Assembly (NCBI GenBank): GCA_035221665.1 | Contig: CM069139.1 | Span: 30,070,001-30,134,000 of the forward strand | DNA length: 64,000 bases | Source: Okamejei kenojei | Lineage: Eukaryota | Direction of reading: 5' to 3' | Shown: positions 48,731 through 63,100 of the stretch, piece after piece | Numbering within the stretch: the first letter of the stretch is position 1 | Layout of the letters: each line of letters starts with the position of its first letter | Position numbers and translations under genes: made by a program | Notes under the pieces: generated by a model | The model's database searches: none | Told to the model about the DNA's origin: nothing | What the model saw: only the letters and a program-made list of their open reading frames with translations

Positions 48731-51700
48731 ATGCAAGATTTAAAAATGAATGCGGGGAATGAAGGAATAACGTTTTGTAGCTGGAACGTTAAAAGTATTA
48801 ATGAACCAATTAAGAGAGGTAAAGTACTAGCACATTTAAAAGCAATTAAAGCTGATGTAATTTTTATCCAAGAAACACACTTAAAAAAAGATGCCGAGCA
48901 TAGGCTGAAAGCTAAATGGATAGATAAAACGTATCATTCTTCTTTTACACACAAATCCAGAGGTGTAGCAATATTATTTCGTAAAGGCTCTTTATTTAAA
49001 CATACATCAACTATAACTGACAGTGATGGTAGATACATTATTGTAATAGGAGAATTAAATGCACAAAAAATGATTTTTGTTAATGTTTATGGACCAAACT
49101 TTGATAGTCGCACTGTTTTTTAAGAAAATATTTAATAACATCTCGGAAATAGCACAACATAACTTAATAATTGGAGGAGATTTAAATTGTACATTAGACT
49201 CTTATTTAGATAGATCCACAAGACAAAGGAAAATTAAATCCCATTCCAGTGACTTATTAAATGCATACATGGATACTAGTAATATTAAAGATGCTTGGAG
49301 AGTAGAAAATCCAACTGGAAGAGAATATTCATTTTATTCACCTGTACATAAAACATATTCAAGAATAGATTAATTTTTGGTAGACTCTAAACTTATCTCA
49401 CTTACTTACAATTCGAAATACCATAATATTACAATCTCAGATCACGCACCTTTAACATTTATGACTAAAATAAATGGTAAAACGGAAAAACAGGGACAAT
49501 GGAGATTTAACCCACAAATTTTAAAAGACAAAGTAACTCAGGAATATATTATAGAACAGATTAAGATTTTCTTTGAAATAAATGAAAAACTGGAAATATC
49601 TTCTCCCCTATTATGCGAAACTTTTAAACCATATGCCCGTGGAATTATGATTTCTTCGCAAGCATTTTATAATAAAGAGAATCGGAGGGAACAACAGTAA
49701 TTGGAAAAGGAGATTAAACAATTAGACACAGAGAATGCTGCTAATCCATCCATGACAAAACATAACAAAATCGCTGCACTGAAATATAAATTAAATAAAA
49801 TATACTCGGATCAAGTTGTAAAACTCTATCAATACACTAAACAATTACAATTTGAATTCGGAGATAAACCCCAAAAATTATTGGCTCGTCATTTACGGAA
49901 AATGGAGGGAGAAAAGAAAATCCATAGGATTAAATCAGACAATGGCGAACCATTAGTACAACCCGAAAATATTAATGAGAGATTTTTGCAATATTCTATC
50001 AATTTATATTCAGCTAAAATGACAGAAAACCGGATAGGAATAGAAGCATTTAAAAATAAATGTAATCTAAATGGGTTGGATTCAGAAAATAGAGAATCAC
50101 TAAATGCTGAAATATCAGTAAAAGAAATCGAAGAATCTATCAGATCATTAAAAAATGGTAAAACACCGGGACCAGATGGTATTGCTTCGGAATTTTATAA
50201 AACATTTTATGATCTGATTGCATCACGTTTGAAGATACTCTATGAATACATCTATACCCACCAGAAACTACCAGAAACGTTAAATGAATCTATTATAACA
50301 CTTATACCTAAAATAGACAAATATCTGGATGACCCAGGATCATATAAAGCTATAGCTCTTTTAAACACTGATCAAAAGATACTAACCAAAATATTAGCAC
50401 AAAGACTAAGCACAGTTATCAATAAATTAATTCACCCGGATCAAACAGGATTTATACCAAAACGATATTCCTCATATAACCTTAGACGATTATTCAATAT
50501 TATATATTTGAAAAGAGGTATTAATAAAGACCTATATCTCTAGATGCGGAGAAAGCCTTTGACCAGGTGGAATGGTCTTACTTGTTTTCGGTCATGGAAA
50601 CTTTTAAGTTGGGAGAGAAGTTTATTACATGGGTTAAATTATTATACACTAATCCAACAGCCAGAAACTAACAAATCAAATGCTATCAACTAAATTTAAT
50701 TTATTCCGAGGCTGCAGACAAGGTTGTCCTTTATCCCCGCTATTGTTTGCACTTGCAATTGAACCATTAGCTCCACGTGTGAGATTACATCCTGAAATAT
50801 ATGGGTATGAAACCAGAGATACTGAAAATAAAATCTCCTTATATGCGGATGACGTATTACTTTATATTACAAAGCCGGAAATTAGTATTCCAAATTTATT
50901 AAATTTAATAACTGAATTTGGCTTATTTTCAGGATATAGTATTAATTGGAATAAAAGTGAACTTATGTCAATAATGGTAAACAACAATTTCCTTTTAAGA
51001 TAGCAAACGAAAAAATCAAATATCTTGGTATTTATGTAACAAAAAGATTCGATTCTTTATTTAAATCCAATTTTTCACTTTTACTGAATAAATTAAATAA
51101 GAATATTTTATATTGGAAAACATTACCTATTTCAATGCTAGGTAGAATTAATGCAATAAAAAAGATTTTTCTCCCATAATTACTATATCTCTTCCAATTG
51201 ATTCCGATATATCTTCCTAAAATTTTTTTTAAGAAGGTTGATTCTATAGTCACCAACTTTATCTGGGATTATAAGAGCCACAGAATAAATAAAAAACATT
51301 TATGTAAATCAAAAATAAATGGAGGTCTAGCACTGCCAAACTTTATGTTTTATTACTGGGCAGTTAATATTAAAAATATGAATTTTTGTTTAGTAGAGAC
51401 AGATAAACAACCAATTTGGTTAAAAATGGAAAAAGAAGATTGTTCACCTTTTGAAATTAGCTCGATTTTATTCGCCAATATTAAACTAGGTAAGAAAACC
51501 TATAGTGAAAACCCTATAATAGAAAGTGGGATACATATCCTGGAAACAAATAAAGAAAACATTAAAATTGGAATGTATACCACTAGCCCTTACCATTGTA
51601 AATAACGTTACATTTAAACCTCAATGATGGACAAAGTTTTACAATGGAAAAACTATGGAATTAATAAGATGGGCGATCTCTACAGGGAAAACTTCCTTTC

Positions 51701-52508
51701 ATTTCAAGAATTACACCAAATTTATGGATTACATTCAAAAGATTACTTTAGATATTTACAAATTAGAGACTATGTAAAAGCAAACACACAGGAAATTAGA
51801 AATAGAAAGACAGAAATTTTAGATGAATGTCTGAATAAATACCCGGACACTGAAAAATTGATATCATATATATATATAACATTTTATTGGAAAACGATGA
51901 CCCAATGACAGAAATATATAGGCAATCATGGGAAAACGAAATAATTAGACCAGAAGTATGGGATGAAAGTTTACAACATATACACCACTGCTCGTTAAAT
52001 GATAGACATTCTCTTATACAATTTAAAATATTACATAGATTACATTATTCAAAATCCAAATTACATAGTATTTTTTCAAATGTATCTGCCATATGTGATA
52101 AATATCAGCACTTAGAAGCTAACAATGCACTCATTTACAAATTGTATAAAAATTACTAAATTTTGGACAGAAATATTTAAGATAATTTTGAAAGTTGTTA
52201 ATACGAATCTGATTCCTGACTCAAAATTAATAATATTGGGAATACTAGAAACAGATCAATTAATAACAACGAATCAAAGAATTTTTATTGATTACAATTT
52301 AATAATTGGGAAAAAATTAATATTGAAATTCTGGAAAGGTCCTACATCCCCCACAACCAACATGTGGATTACAGGAATGTCAGAGGCACTTCATCTGGAA
52401 AGATTAAGGCTTGTCCTACTGGACAAGTTGGATCTTTTCAGAGGGATATGGTCTCCATTTATTGAATATTTAAAGGGTCAAAATGGCTCGATGCGAGAGC
52501 CTGACTGA
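48731..52508 (+). pseudogene. L1 ORF2 (APE endonuclease + RT), disrupted
   Basis: SWNV, IQETH, GGDLN, SDH, KTPGPDG, GCRQGCPLSPLLF, YADD; multiple stops and frameshifts. Confidence 0.95.
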
Positions 52509-54464
52509 AGCCTGAATAAAGGAATAGATGAAGAATCATACATAACAAATCATGGATATATCTCCAATGATGGTTAACATGTTTAACACTCCACTCATCT
52601 TTTTGATTTTCTATTTTTACTTTATTTCTCTCTATTTTTATCCTATCTTAAAAAAGAAAAAAAAATAGGGGAAAAAAAGCCACTGCAATTTTCTTTTCAT
52701 TCCATAGAATGAGAGCAACTCTGCATATTCATGACACGCTTGATTATTTTGTTTTTTCTATCAATTACAATTTATGCTTTACCATAAATTGTGCAGGAAA
52801 GCTACATAAAAAGGTATTGCTGCTGATATCAAGGGTAGTTCTCCAACTCAGAAACTTTTGCATGTCTTTTCATTCACTGGAAAGTTGGAATATGCATGTG
52901 ATCAAGTAAATGGAGCCGAATAGAAAAGATCTCTTTTGGGGACAGTACAGAAGAGAATAAACTATTTCTTGGGGGAAATTACCTGAAGATTTAAAGATGT
53001 GGAAAAAATAAAAAAGTGTTATTTTTATTCCGAAGCCATATGAATTTGAGGCAGAAATTAGAACTTCGAAGATTAAGTGCTCCGTCATAGCCTTATTAAA
53101 GTAAAACGTCTGCATATGCATTCTCTATGGACTCTTGTGGAGAAATGTGTTTTTATTTCCATCTATTGATTACACTCTGGATGCACTTTTATGAAATAGA
53201 ACAGCAGGAGCAGTTGGGAGGGAAGTCTCTTGGAAGTTCTCGAAATTCAGTCCAAATTGTTGGCCGTTCAGTCCATGGAGCCTGCGTTTTATATCAGTCC
53301 TTTGCAGAGGTCCCTGTGAACAATAATTAAGGATGTGAAACATAAATTGTGTTTGTGATATTTTAATGACACTGCATGTTGGTTCTGTAGCTCAGGTAAC
53401 AATGGCATGTGGAACTACTGAAAGAATAAGCAATTATTCCCAGAAGAATAGAAATATTTTAATCAATTCTTTTGGAACAATATTATGATACATTCCGACA
53501 TAAGTTGGAAAAATTCCATTCACATCAATAAGATACTCCAGGGATTTCTGTCAACTTTTGCAAATTGATTTTTAAGAAATATAATAGCAAGGAAACAATG
53601 AAACCTCCAGCATATTCAGGTATTCAGCTTTCAGTCAATAATCCTACTAATGAAAACCAGCAATGTTTATACATTTCCCTGGAGATGGACTGTAGCAACC
53701 AGAAACAAAAAACTAAAACAGATACATCATTACTTTAACAGTTCTTGTTATGTGTTTGTCTCAGTGAACACAGTTGTAGCTGATGTTCAGGTCAATATGA
53801 TAATAGAATGAAAAATCAGCATCCTACAGTGCCCAGAATTTAAGATATTTGACTTCCTAGTTTCTTATTGATTTTTTATGGCATATAGTTGTAAGAGATA
53901 GGCCGAGGATAATAAAAATCTGACCAATTCATCTCTATCTTTTTTAGTCCTTTGCATTGATTGATTGTATAGATCAGAATTCTTAATCAGATCATGTAGA
54001 CACACTTGCAAGATCCTAATAATGAATATTACCTGGGTTACCGTGTAAAGTAAAAGGTTAAATTGTGTAATTGAGCCATAGCCTAAACCACTCCACTATA
54101 AAAGTAAAATGACCTGTTTATTTTATGTTGTGAACCATCGCTTACAGTAATGCCACATCTTTGGAAGTGAAGGCTGAGCTGAAGTCATGCTATCTTAAGC
54201 AAGTGTTGAGTACACAGTAAAACAAATAAACCAATGAGAGCTCTGTGACTAAAGTTATAAAGTAGGAGGAAATGAATGTATGTGTGCAGGCAGGAGCCAA
54301 GACGTGGCAATTTCCGAGTACCAAAGTGTGAACCAGAAATAACTTTGATTGCACATAAAGCCTCCTGGACCTAGAGAACAGAGAGGCTGTGATATAACTA
54401 ATAATTCATACAAGGGTTTGCCAACCCATAAAACGACATAAGTAGTCAAAGGAATTTTTGGTAT

Positions 54465-55350
54465 TGTATTGGTTTATTATTGTCACATGTAGTCAAATCT
54501 AGTCAAATCTTCCTGTAGGTGAGTATGACCAAGCCATACATAAGTACAACAGGTAGTGCAAAGAGCAAAATACCAGAATGCAGAACATGGTGTTACAGCA
54601 TTACATCATTTCAGTTGCAGGGAAAATTGTGCAGGCAAAAGAAAAGTGCAAGGGTACAATGAGGTAGGATGGGAGAATAGGACTGCACCCTAGATTATGG
54701 GAGGGTCTCTCAGTTCCATGATAGTGGCAGGGAAGAGCTGTTCCTGAATATAGTGTAATGTACTTTCAAACATTTGTATCTTCTGCCTAACAGGAGATGG
54801 AAGAAGATGGAATGACCGGACATGAAAATGGTCTAGAGGTGGTTGCATTTACAAGGCAATGGTGTGGAGGAAGTCAATGGTGGAGAGACTGAGTGATGGA
54901 CTGAGCTACTTCCACAATCTGCAATTTTTTGCAGTCTGAGGTAGAGTTGAGGCCAAACGGAGCTGTGATGCACCCCAATCGGATACTTTTATCTTGCATT
55001 TGTAGAAGTTGGTAAGAATTATTGGAGACACGCCAAACTTCCTTAGTCTTCTGAGGAACTAAAGGCATTGAAGTGCTTTCTTGACCATATCTTCAATGTG
55101 GTTGGCCCAGAACAAATTGATGGTGATATTTACACCAAAGAACCTCCTTAATCATCTCCACTTCAGCACCATTGATGTTTAATAGGGCATATGCACCACC
55201 TTGTTTGCAGAAGTCAACAACTAGCTCCTTCATCTTGCTGACATTGAGGGAGAGATTCTTGTCTTGACACATTTTACTGAAGTCTCTATCTCCTTCCTAC
55301 ATTCAGACTCATCATTGTTCGAGATCCAGCCGACAATAGTGTCATCTACA
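54465..55350 (-). mobile_element. Degraded Rex1/Babar-like LINE 3' part
   Basis: Similar to 44250-45560 in reverse. Confidence 0.65.
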
Positions 55351-55504
55351 CAATTGCAATCAAGCAGTATTTTTACTTGTACATGAAATATTATTAGAAC
55401 TATCCAGAAACCAATGTTAATTACTTTAAGTAATTTGTTTGGTAATGGACAGAGTTAAAGTTAGAGTGTTGTGTGTTAATTAACTGTCATGTCTTTAAGA
55501 GTTT

Positions 55505-55629
55505 AGGAAAGAAGTACAGATGCTGGTTTAAATTGAAGGTAGACACAAAATGCTGGAGTAACCCAGCGGGCAGGCAGCATCTTTGGAGAGAAGGAATGGG
55601 TGACGTTTCGGGTCGAGACCCTTCTTCAG
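55505..55629 (-). mobile_element. Penelope pLTR fragment with intact hammerhead core (55602-55629)
   Basis: GACGTTTCGGGTCGAGACCCTTCTTCAG on the plus strand. Confidence 0.8.
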
Positions 55630-55817
55630 GCATATCTTTAAGACTGTTAGTCACTGGAACAACAGATCACAGCAAAATCTTCTCTTTGATCTTGTGATGT
55701 TTATCCACATTAAAAAGTCTCTTATCTACCAGGATGACAACGGGCATTGTAAACTTAAATTGATATCCAAAATAGGCACTTCCTGTAAGGAAATACAATT
55801 AAGAAACGGTAATTGAT

Positions 55818-56344
55818 AGAAACATGGAAACATAGCAAATAGGTGCAGAAGTAGGCCATTCGGCCCTTTGAACCTGCACAGCCATTCAATATGATCATGG
55901 CTGATCATCAAATTCAGTATCCCTTTCCTGACTACTCTCCATACCCCCTGATCCCTCTAGCCACAAGGGTCACATTTAACTCCCTCTTAAATATAGCCAA
56001 TGAACTGGCCTCAACTACCTTCTGTGGCAGAGAATTCCAGAGACTCACCACTCTCTGTGTGAAAAATGTTTTTCTCATCTCGGTCCTAAAAGATTTCCCC
56101 CTTATCCTTAAACTGTGACCCTTTATTCTGGACTTCCCCAACATCGGGAACAATCTTCCTGCATCTAGCCTGTCCAACCCCTTAAGAATTTTGTAAGTTT
56201 CCATCAGATCCCCCCTTAATCTTCTAAATTCTAGTGTGTACAATCCGAGTCTATCCTGTCTTTCTTCATATGAAAGTCTTGACATCCCAGGAATCAGCCT
56301 GGTGAACCATCTCTGGCAAGAATGTCTTTCCTCAGATTTGGAGA
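55818..56344 (-). mobile_element. CR1 3' fragment
   Basis: ORF 55932..56285 is the CR1 C-terminus. Confidence 0.92.
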
Positions 56345-57299
56345 AGGGTCTGAATGAATGTCCATTATAATAATATCCAAGTCATTAATTATACTGTTCG
56401 TTTTTACTTCAAACAGATAACAACACAATAATTAGTAATAAAACATTAAATCTTTATTTTGCCCAGATGGGTGTGGCAGTACACTCTTACAGTATGTAAA
56501 ATACAGACTATACAAAATATAGAGTCACTCTATCACACACACAAAGTGGTAATGTTCAATCAGATATATCTATACCCCAATAATCAGCAATTCAGCAATT
56601 TGTTATCTTACAGAGCATTGTATGATCTTTTGCCTGTTAGGATTGACAGGTTCTTCTGACAGAGGAAAGGTTAGCCCATATATGGTTATGCTGAAGAAGC
56701 TTTTTTTTTTGCAGATTCAAGCACTTGGTTTTTTTACCTTGTTGACGCACAGTACAATCTTGTAGAGTAAAGGGTAAGAGCCAAGTGTCTGAACATTCTC
56801 TTGATTGATTATATCATAGAGAAAAACATTAATGTATTTGTGCTGTTATCTCGCTAATGTTATGAAAGAAGGGCGAAAACATTTCTGTTATGATGCTGTA
56901 ACCTTGCTAGTGTAATAGGAGAAAGGTGAAAGCATTTCTGTTATAGTGCTGTAGCTTTGTTAGTGTAACAGGAGAAAAGGTTAAGCATCCATTTTATTGC
57001 TTCTAAATCAACAGCTGAATCCTACTTTGAAATCTTTAAACATTCTCAATACTGTACAGGATACAACTGGGAGGAATGATTCTGACCAGTTTCTAAATCA
57101 TCTGATATCGTCTTTTATAATGTCTTTAATAGAATACTTGTCTTACAGAATATTAAGGATGGTTCAATGCAACGTCCTCATTTCACAACTTACCAAGTTA
57201 TGGAAAAATGTGTACAAGTAATTAGTGCATATATCATCCAGGATCTCATTAAATAACATGCTGTACTTGAATAACTCAATAGCCAGCTCCAGTTGCTAG

Positions 57300-58230
57300 G
57301 TTTATGTTTCTTTTATTCAAATTCAAGATCCTATACAGTCAGTTAGCTGGCCCGATGAAGGTTCTGCCCTGGTTTGACTTCCCTAAATTCAACACACTTA
57401 TCTGCATTATTCTTTGTTAGCTGTTCCTCAGCCCACTTACCCGGCTGATATCCTGCTGATAACCATCTGTACTACACTATCTACGATATCGCACACTTTA
57501 GTGTCATCTACGAGCCTAATAATAATGCTCTGTACATTTTCATCCAAATTGTTGATATAACCAATCAGCAATGGGTCCAGACTGATAGTCGAGGCACACC
57601 ACTTTTGCAGGTTCGCCAAGGCAAAAATATACCCACCACCACCATCCGCTTCCTTTATTGAAGCTAATTATGTATGCAGTTAGGAAGCTCTCCCTGGATC
57701 CCAAGCAATATAACCTTCCAGAACAGCCTATCATGTGGAAGCCTATGAATAATCTTACTGAAATCCATATAGACAATGTCTATGGCTTTGCCCTTGTCAA
57801 CCTTTTTGGTTACCTCTTCAGAAAAACTCAATCAAATTCGTAAGACACGATCTTCCTTGTACAAAACCATAGCTATCCCTAATCAGTCTCTATCTATTCT
57901 TTTTCTTCTTTCATGTGGCGTGCACAGCCTAAAGTTGTAGGACAACCTGTTATATTTGACCTTCCGTTTGTGCATGTTGAGTTGAGTGCATTAGTCGAAA
58001 CAGGGCAGACCACGTGAAGGTTGCAATCTTCCACCCCAGCCTCTATCTATTGAAATGCATATATCTCTCAGGGTCAGAATCCACTCCAGTAACTTACTGG
58101 CCAAAAAATGTTAGGTTCACTGCTCCATCATTCCCAGGCTGTTCTTTCCAGCCCTTCTTAACTAGAGGCACAACATACCTGTAAGCCACTCTCCAATCAT
58201 CCAGCACCTCAACCATGGCTAACAATGATT
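57300..58230 (-). mobile_element. Degraded CR1 fragment
   Basis: YINNLDENV...LVDDTKV motifs. Confidence 0.7.
57899..58037 (-). mobile_element. ~140-bp short retroposon, second copy
   Basis: TSD CAG(T/C)CTCTATCTATT; homologous to 14238-14373. Confidence 0.8.
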
Positions 58231-58244
58231 CATATCATGATGCG

Positions 58245-58515
58245 CGGAACGATGGCGCGTGGTAGAGTTGCTGCCTTACAGTGCCAGAGACCTGGGTGCT
58301 GTCTGTTTGGAGTCTCCGCATGAACTGCGTGGGTTTTCTCCAGGAGCTACAGTTTTCCCCCACACACCAAAGACGTACAGGTTTGTTGGCTAATTGGCTT
58401 GGTAAAATTGTAAATCGTAGGATAGTTTTAATGTGCAGGGATTGCTGATTGGTGTGGACTAAGTGGCCCGAAGGGCCTGTTTCTGTGCTGTATCTCTAAA
58501 CTAAACTAAACTAAA
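58245..58515 (+). mobile_element. HE1-type SINE
   Basis: Same body as 59598-59940; (CTAAA)n tail. Confidence 0.85.
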
Positions 58516-59074
58516 TATACCTGAGCCAGTCCTTCTGCAATTTCTTACCCTAGCTTCCCAGTGTCCTCAAGTATATCTGATCAGGACCTGGAGATTTAAC
58601 TACCTTATGTAATAAACAAAAATCAATAAATGAATCACTGTAATTTATTTGTCTGTGCCATGTTATGCAGAGAGCAGGGCTGTGCAAATACCTCGCTGGC
58701 CAGACTGCATGAATGGAAAAAGAAAAACTGAATTAAAATAAAAGACGGATGACAGTCAAAAATTGTCAGTTCTGAGTCAGTCAGAAAGAAAGATGAATTA
58801 GCTACAGTTGGAGAATTAGATATTGAGTATGAGCAGACAGTGACCACTCAATCTGCATTTCCCCATTGTAGAGGTACATTGCGAACACTGAATGCAACAC
58901 ACAATGTACCACAACCTTGCTTTTGGTAATACATTAATTTCACTCACTCAGCACTGGTGGGTGGGATACATTGGTCACTTGCATGCCACCACACTCCCAA
59001 AATGAATACTCCGTTCTGATTGTCATTGTTGCAGGAAATTAATAGGTAAACTGAGGGATGCCTCAAAGACTTGT

Positions 59075-59497
59075 CATAAGGTCATAAGGAATAGTAGAAT
59101 TAGGCCATTTGGCCCATCAAGTCCATTCAATCATGACTGATCTATCTTTCCCCCCTAAACCCATTCTCCTGCCTTCTCCCCATAACATCTGACACTAATC
59201 AAGAATCTATCTATCTCTGCCTTAAATACATCCACTGATGTGTTTTCCACAACCTTCTGTGGCAAAGAATTTCACAGATTCACCACCTTCTGACTAAAGA
59301 AATGTCTCCTCATCTCTTTCCTAAAAGAACGTCCTTTACTATGACCTCTAGTCATAGACTCTCCCACTAGTGGAAACATCCTCTCCACATCCACTCTATC
59401 CAAGCCTTTCACTATTCTGTATGTTTCAATGAGGTCTCCCTCATTCTTCTAAACTCCAGCAATTACAGGCCCAGTGCTGACAAATGCTCATCATAGG
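59075..59497 (-). mobile_element. CR1 3' fragment
   Basis: Reverse homolog of 20090-20480. Confidence 0.85.
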
Positions 59498-59597
59498 TTA
59501 AAAAATGAAATAAATGTAATATCTGTGCTGATTCATGGGAATCCTGACCGTTGCCGCCCAAAATCGAAAAGTAGCTTTTGGGATGACATTGACAAAT

Positions 59598-59940
59598 GGG
59601 CGGCACGGTGGCGCAGTGGTAGAGCGCTAGCAGCGCCACCTTTCAGCGCTAACAGCGCCGGAGAATCCGGGTTCGATCCCGACTACGGGTGCTGTCTGTA
59701 TGGTGTTTGTACATTCTCCCAGTGACCTGCGTGGGTTTTCTCCAAGGTCTTCGGTTTCCTCCCACACTCCAAGGACGTACAGGTTTGTAGGTTAATTGGC
59801 TTGTTTAAAGTGTAAATTGTCCCTAATGTATGTGTAGAATGGTATTAACATGCGGGGATCACTGGTGGGCATGGACCCGGTGGGCCGAAGGGCCTGCTTC
59901 TGCGCTGTATCTCTAAACTAAACTATACTAAACTAAACTA
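59598..59940 (+). mobile_element. HE1-type tRNA-derived SINE
   Basis: A box TGGCGCAGTGG, B box GGTTCGATCCC, V-SINE-like core, CR1-type tail + (CTAAA)n. Confidence 0.9.
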
Positions 59941-60187
59941 AGACAACAGAGTCCATTTGTCAGGAGTACACTGAAGCCCAGTGTAAATGGTGGAATGAAT
60001 GCACCTTCTAGTCAGCCTATTCATCAGTAAGTCCTACCAAGCAATTCCAGCCCAAACTGTCCATCTCCATCGCAGCAGTGACCATGCATCCAAATCATCA
60101 ACCATCCCAACATCCGCAGAAATGGAATAGAAGCAAGTCATCCTTGCGAACCAAGAGACTACCGAAAAACAAGAGAAACATATATAT

Positions 60188-63100
60188 CATCATCATCGGC
60201 GGTCACTCGAAACGAGTATGACTGTCCTCTCCATAGGGTTGTCTACTTGTGGGTCTGCAGATGTCTGTGGAGGGCGATATGCGATGCACACACCTTGGTG
60301 CAACATGGGCAGTGGAGACTGGCAGTGGTTGGTAGTCGTTGGTAGTCCTTCTCTCTCTCCTTACTGTGCTGTCGCTTTGTCTCTGCGACATGGCTTAGTT
60401 CCATTTCGTGAAGTTCAGCTCCTTCCTCCACGGATTTCCTCCAGGAGCGCCTGTTCATTGCAATGTGCTCCCAGTTGCTTGATGTGATGTGGAATTTCTT
60501 CAGACTGTTCTTGATGTTGTTCTTGAAGCGTTTCTTTGGCCCGCCGGGGGCTCGCAGGCCTTCCTTCAATTGAGAATGCAGGATTTGTTCAGGGAGACGT
60601 GTGTTGGACATGCGGATGACATGGCCAGTCCATAGAAGTTGGTGCTGCATTATTGTGGTGGTGATGCTGGTCATGTTGGCTTCCTCCAAAACGCTGATCT
60701 TAGTGCGTTTCTCCCAGTTGATCCTCAGAATCCTTCGTAAGGATCTTTGATGGTATTATTCCAGGGCTCTTAGGTGCCTGCTGTAGATGGTCCATGACTC
60801 AGTTCCATATAACAGGGTGGAGAGGACAACGGCTCTATAAACCAGCAATTTTGTTTGGGCCTTTAGGTTTCGGTCTTCAAAGACTCTTTTCCTGAGTCTG
60901 GCATAGGCTTTGCTGGCACAACTCAGGTGATGGTTGACCTCAGAGTTGATGTCAGCTTTTGAGGAAAGAATGCTACCATGGTCGGGGAAGTGGTCAACGT
61001 TTTCAAGAGTGGTGTCGTCCACTTTTATAGTGGGCTGGGTAGATAGCTGGTTGGGTGGAGATTGATGTAGGACCTGGGTCTTCTTGATATTTAAGGCTAG
61101 GCCCATGGCTCAGTAGTCGTCCGTGTACTTAAGCTCCATGATGGCGGTGTTACTGACTTTGCTCTTGGCCTTCAACCTATTAAGGTTGAAGAGCCCACTG
61201 TCAGTTCTGTAGAGGATCAGGATTCCCTGTGGCAGCACTTCACCAATGAGGTGAAGTATGGCAGCAATGAAGCCGACAAACAGGGTGGATGTGATGACGC
61301 ATCCCTGTTTGACCTCCGTTTCCACAGTGAAGGGCTCGGACTCAGAGCCGCAGTTGCTGAGCACTGTGACCGACATGCCATCATGTAGAACCTCAATATT
61401 CTGATGTACTTGTCGTGACAACCGTACCTTCATAGTATGTTCCAAAGAGCCTGGCGGTCTACTGAGTCAAAAGCCTTTGTCAGGACAATGATGGCCATGT
61501 ACAAAGGCTGCCTTTTGTTCATGGCATTTTTCCTGGAGTTGGTGTGCTGTGACTATCATGTCTGCTGTACCTCTGGATGGGCTGAAGCCACACTGTGATT
61601 CTGGGAGTACCTCCCCAGACAGTGGTAGGACAGTTTGCAAGGACACGAGCTAGGACTTTGCCTGTATTTGACAGGAGCAAGATGCCCCTGTAGTTTCCAC
61701 ATTCAGCCTTGTCTCCCTTCTTGATAATGATACCTATTAGAACATCTCTGAGTTCTGAGGGAAGTTCTTCTTTTTCACCGACCTTGAGGATTAGGGCGTG
61801 GATGTGGTACAGGAGCTTCGGTCCACCTGGGATCCCATCTGGACCAGTGTCTTTGTTGTTCTTAAGGCTCTTGATGGCATTTTGAACCTCTGTCATAGTG
61901 GGAGGTTCTTTCATGTCTTCTCTGATGGGATTCGGTGGGTAATGTCTGGTTCAGTTGTGCTGTCACGGTTGAGGAGTTCCTGGAAGTGCTCTTTCCATTG
62001 GGCGATAATGGACTCATTGTCTTTCAGCAGTTCTTGTCCGTCTTTTGTGCGCAGGGAGGTGAAGCCGCGGTAGCTTGGACCATAGATGGCCTTAGTAGCG
62101 CTGAAGAAGCCTCTGGTGTCACCCAAGTCTGCCTGTCTCTGGATTTCCAGAGCCTTATCTGTCCACCAAGAGTTATTAAGCTCCCCCACTCGGCTCTGGA
62201 CGTCCGCCTTGTCTATGGAGTGAGCCGCTCTTTTGGCCTTGCAGGTTACATCATTTTGCCAGGCACGAAAGGCTTTCCTTTTCTTGGAGATGAGCTGTTC
62301 TAGCTCTGTATCGTTCTCGTCAAACTAGTCCTGGTGTTTTCTGGACTTGCACCCAAGGATGTTTTTACAGGTATCAAGGATGGTGGATTTGAACCGGCTC
62401 CAGTGTCCTTCAATGACATCAGGATATTCCTGTTGGAGGCTTTCCTTAAGAGAAGCCTTAAATCGCTACTGGGTGGCAGTTTCCTCCAGGCTTTCAAGGT
62501 TCAGTCTTGGCCGGGTCTGCTTCGTTTGAATCCTCCTCTTCCTCTTGAGTTTGATGGACATCATGGAGTGGATGAGGCGATGATTGTCCAGCAGTCATCT
62601 GCATCGATCATGGCCCTTGTGATGTTTACGTCACGGCGGCCCCTGCCTCGTACAATGACATAGTCAATGAGATGCCACTGTTTGGAGCGTAGGTATCTCC
62701 AATGTGTCTTTAGTTTGTTTTTCTGGTGAAAGAGGGTGTTAGTGATGATGATGTCATGCTGAGCACATTTGCTGGGAAGCAGAGCTCTATTGGAATTGAT
62801 GTTCCCGACGCCTTCCTTCCCTATGGTACCCTTCCAGAGGTGTTGGTCCCGGCTGACCCTGGCGTTGATGTCTTCTCAGAGAATAATCTTATCCTCCCTG
62901 GGGATTTTAGACAGTGTCTCTTTTGCTTCCTCTTCAGAGTCTAAAGTAGGGGCATAGGCACTCACAACTGTTGCCATCTGGTTGTTGGCAAGCACCAGAC
63001 GGATGATCATGAGACGCTCACTGATTCCCACCAGAAGTTCAGAGAGGTGGCTAATGAGCTGGTTCCTGATGGCAAACCCAACACCATGGATCCTGGACTC

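Larger units (their letters stand above)
46667..52676 (+). mobile_element. Full-length L1-clade LINE (~6.0 kb), inactivated
   Basis: 15-bp TSD AAGCCACTGCAATTT (46652-66, 52677-91); A-rich tail; ORF1 and ORF2 remnants. Confidence 0.96.

Noticed and set aside
52700-54400. Unique AT-rich sequence as exons or conserved enhancers
   Set aside because: No convincing exon or ORF; conservation cannot be judged without alignments.
59598-59690. tRNA gene
   Set aside because: A/B boxes belong to a SINE head; no cloverleaf.
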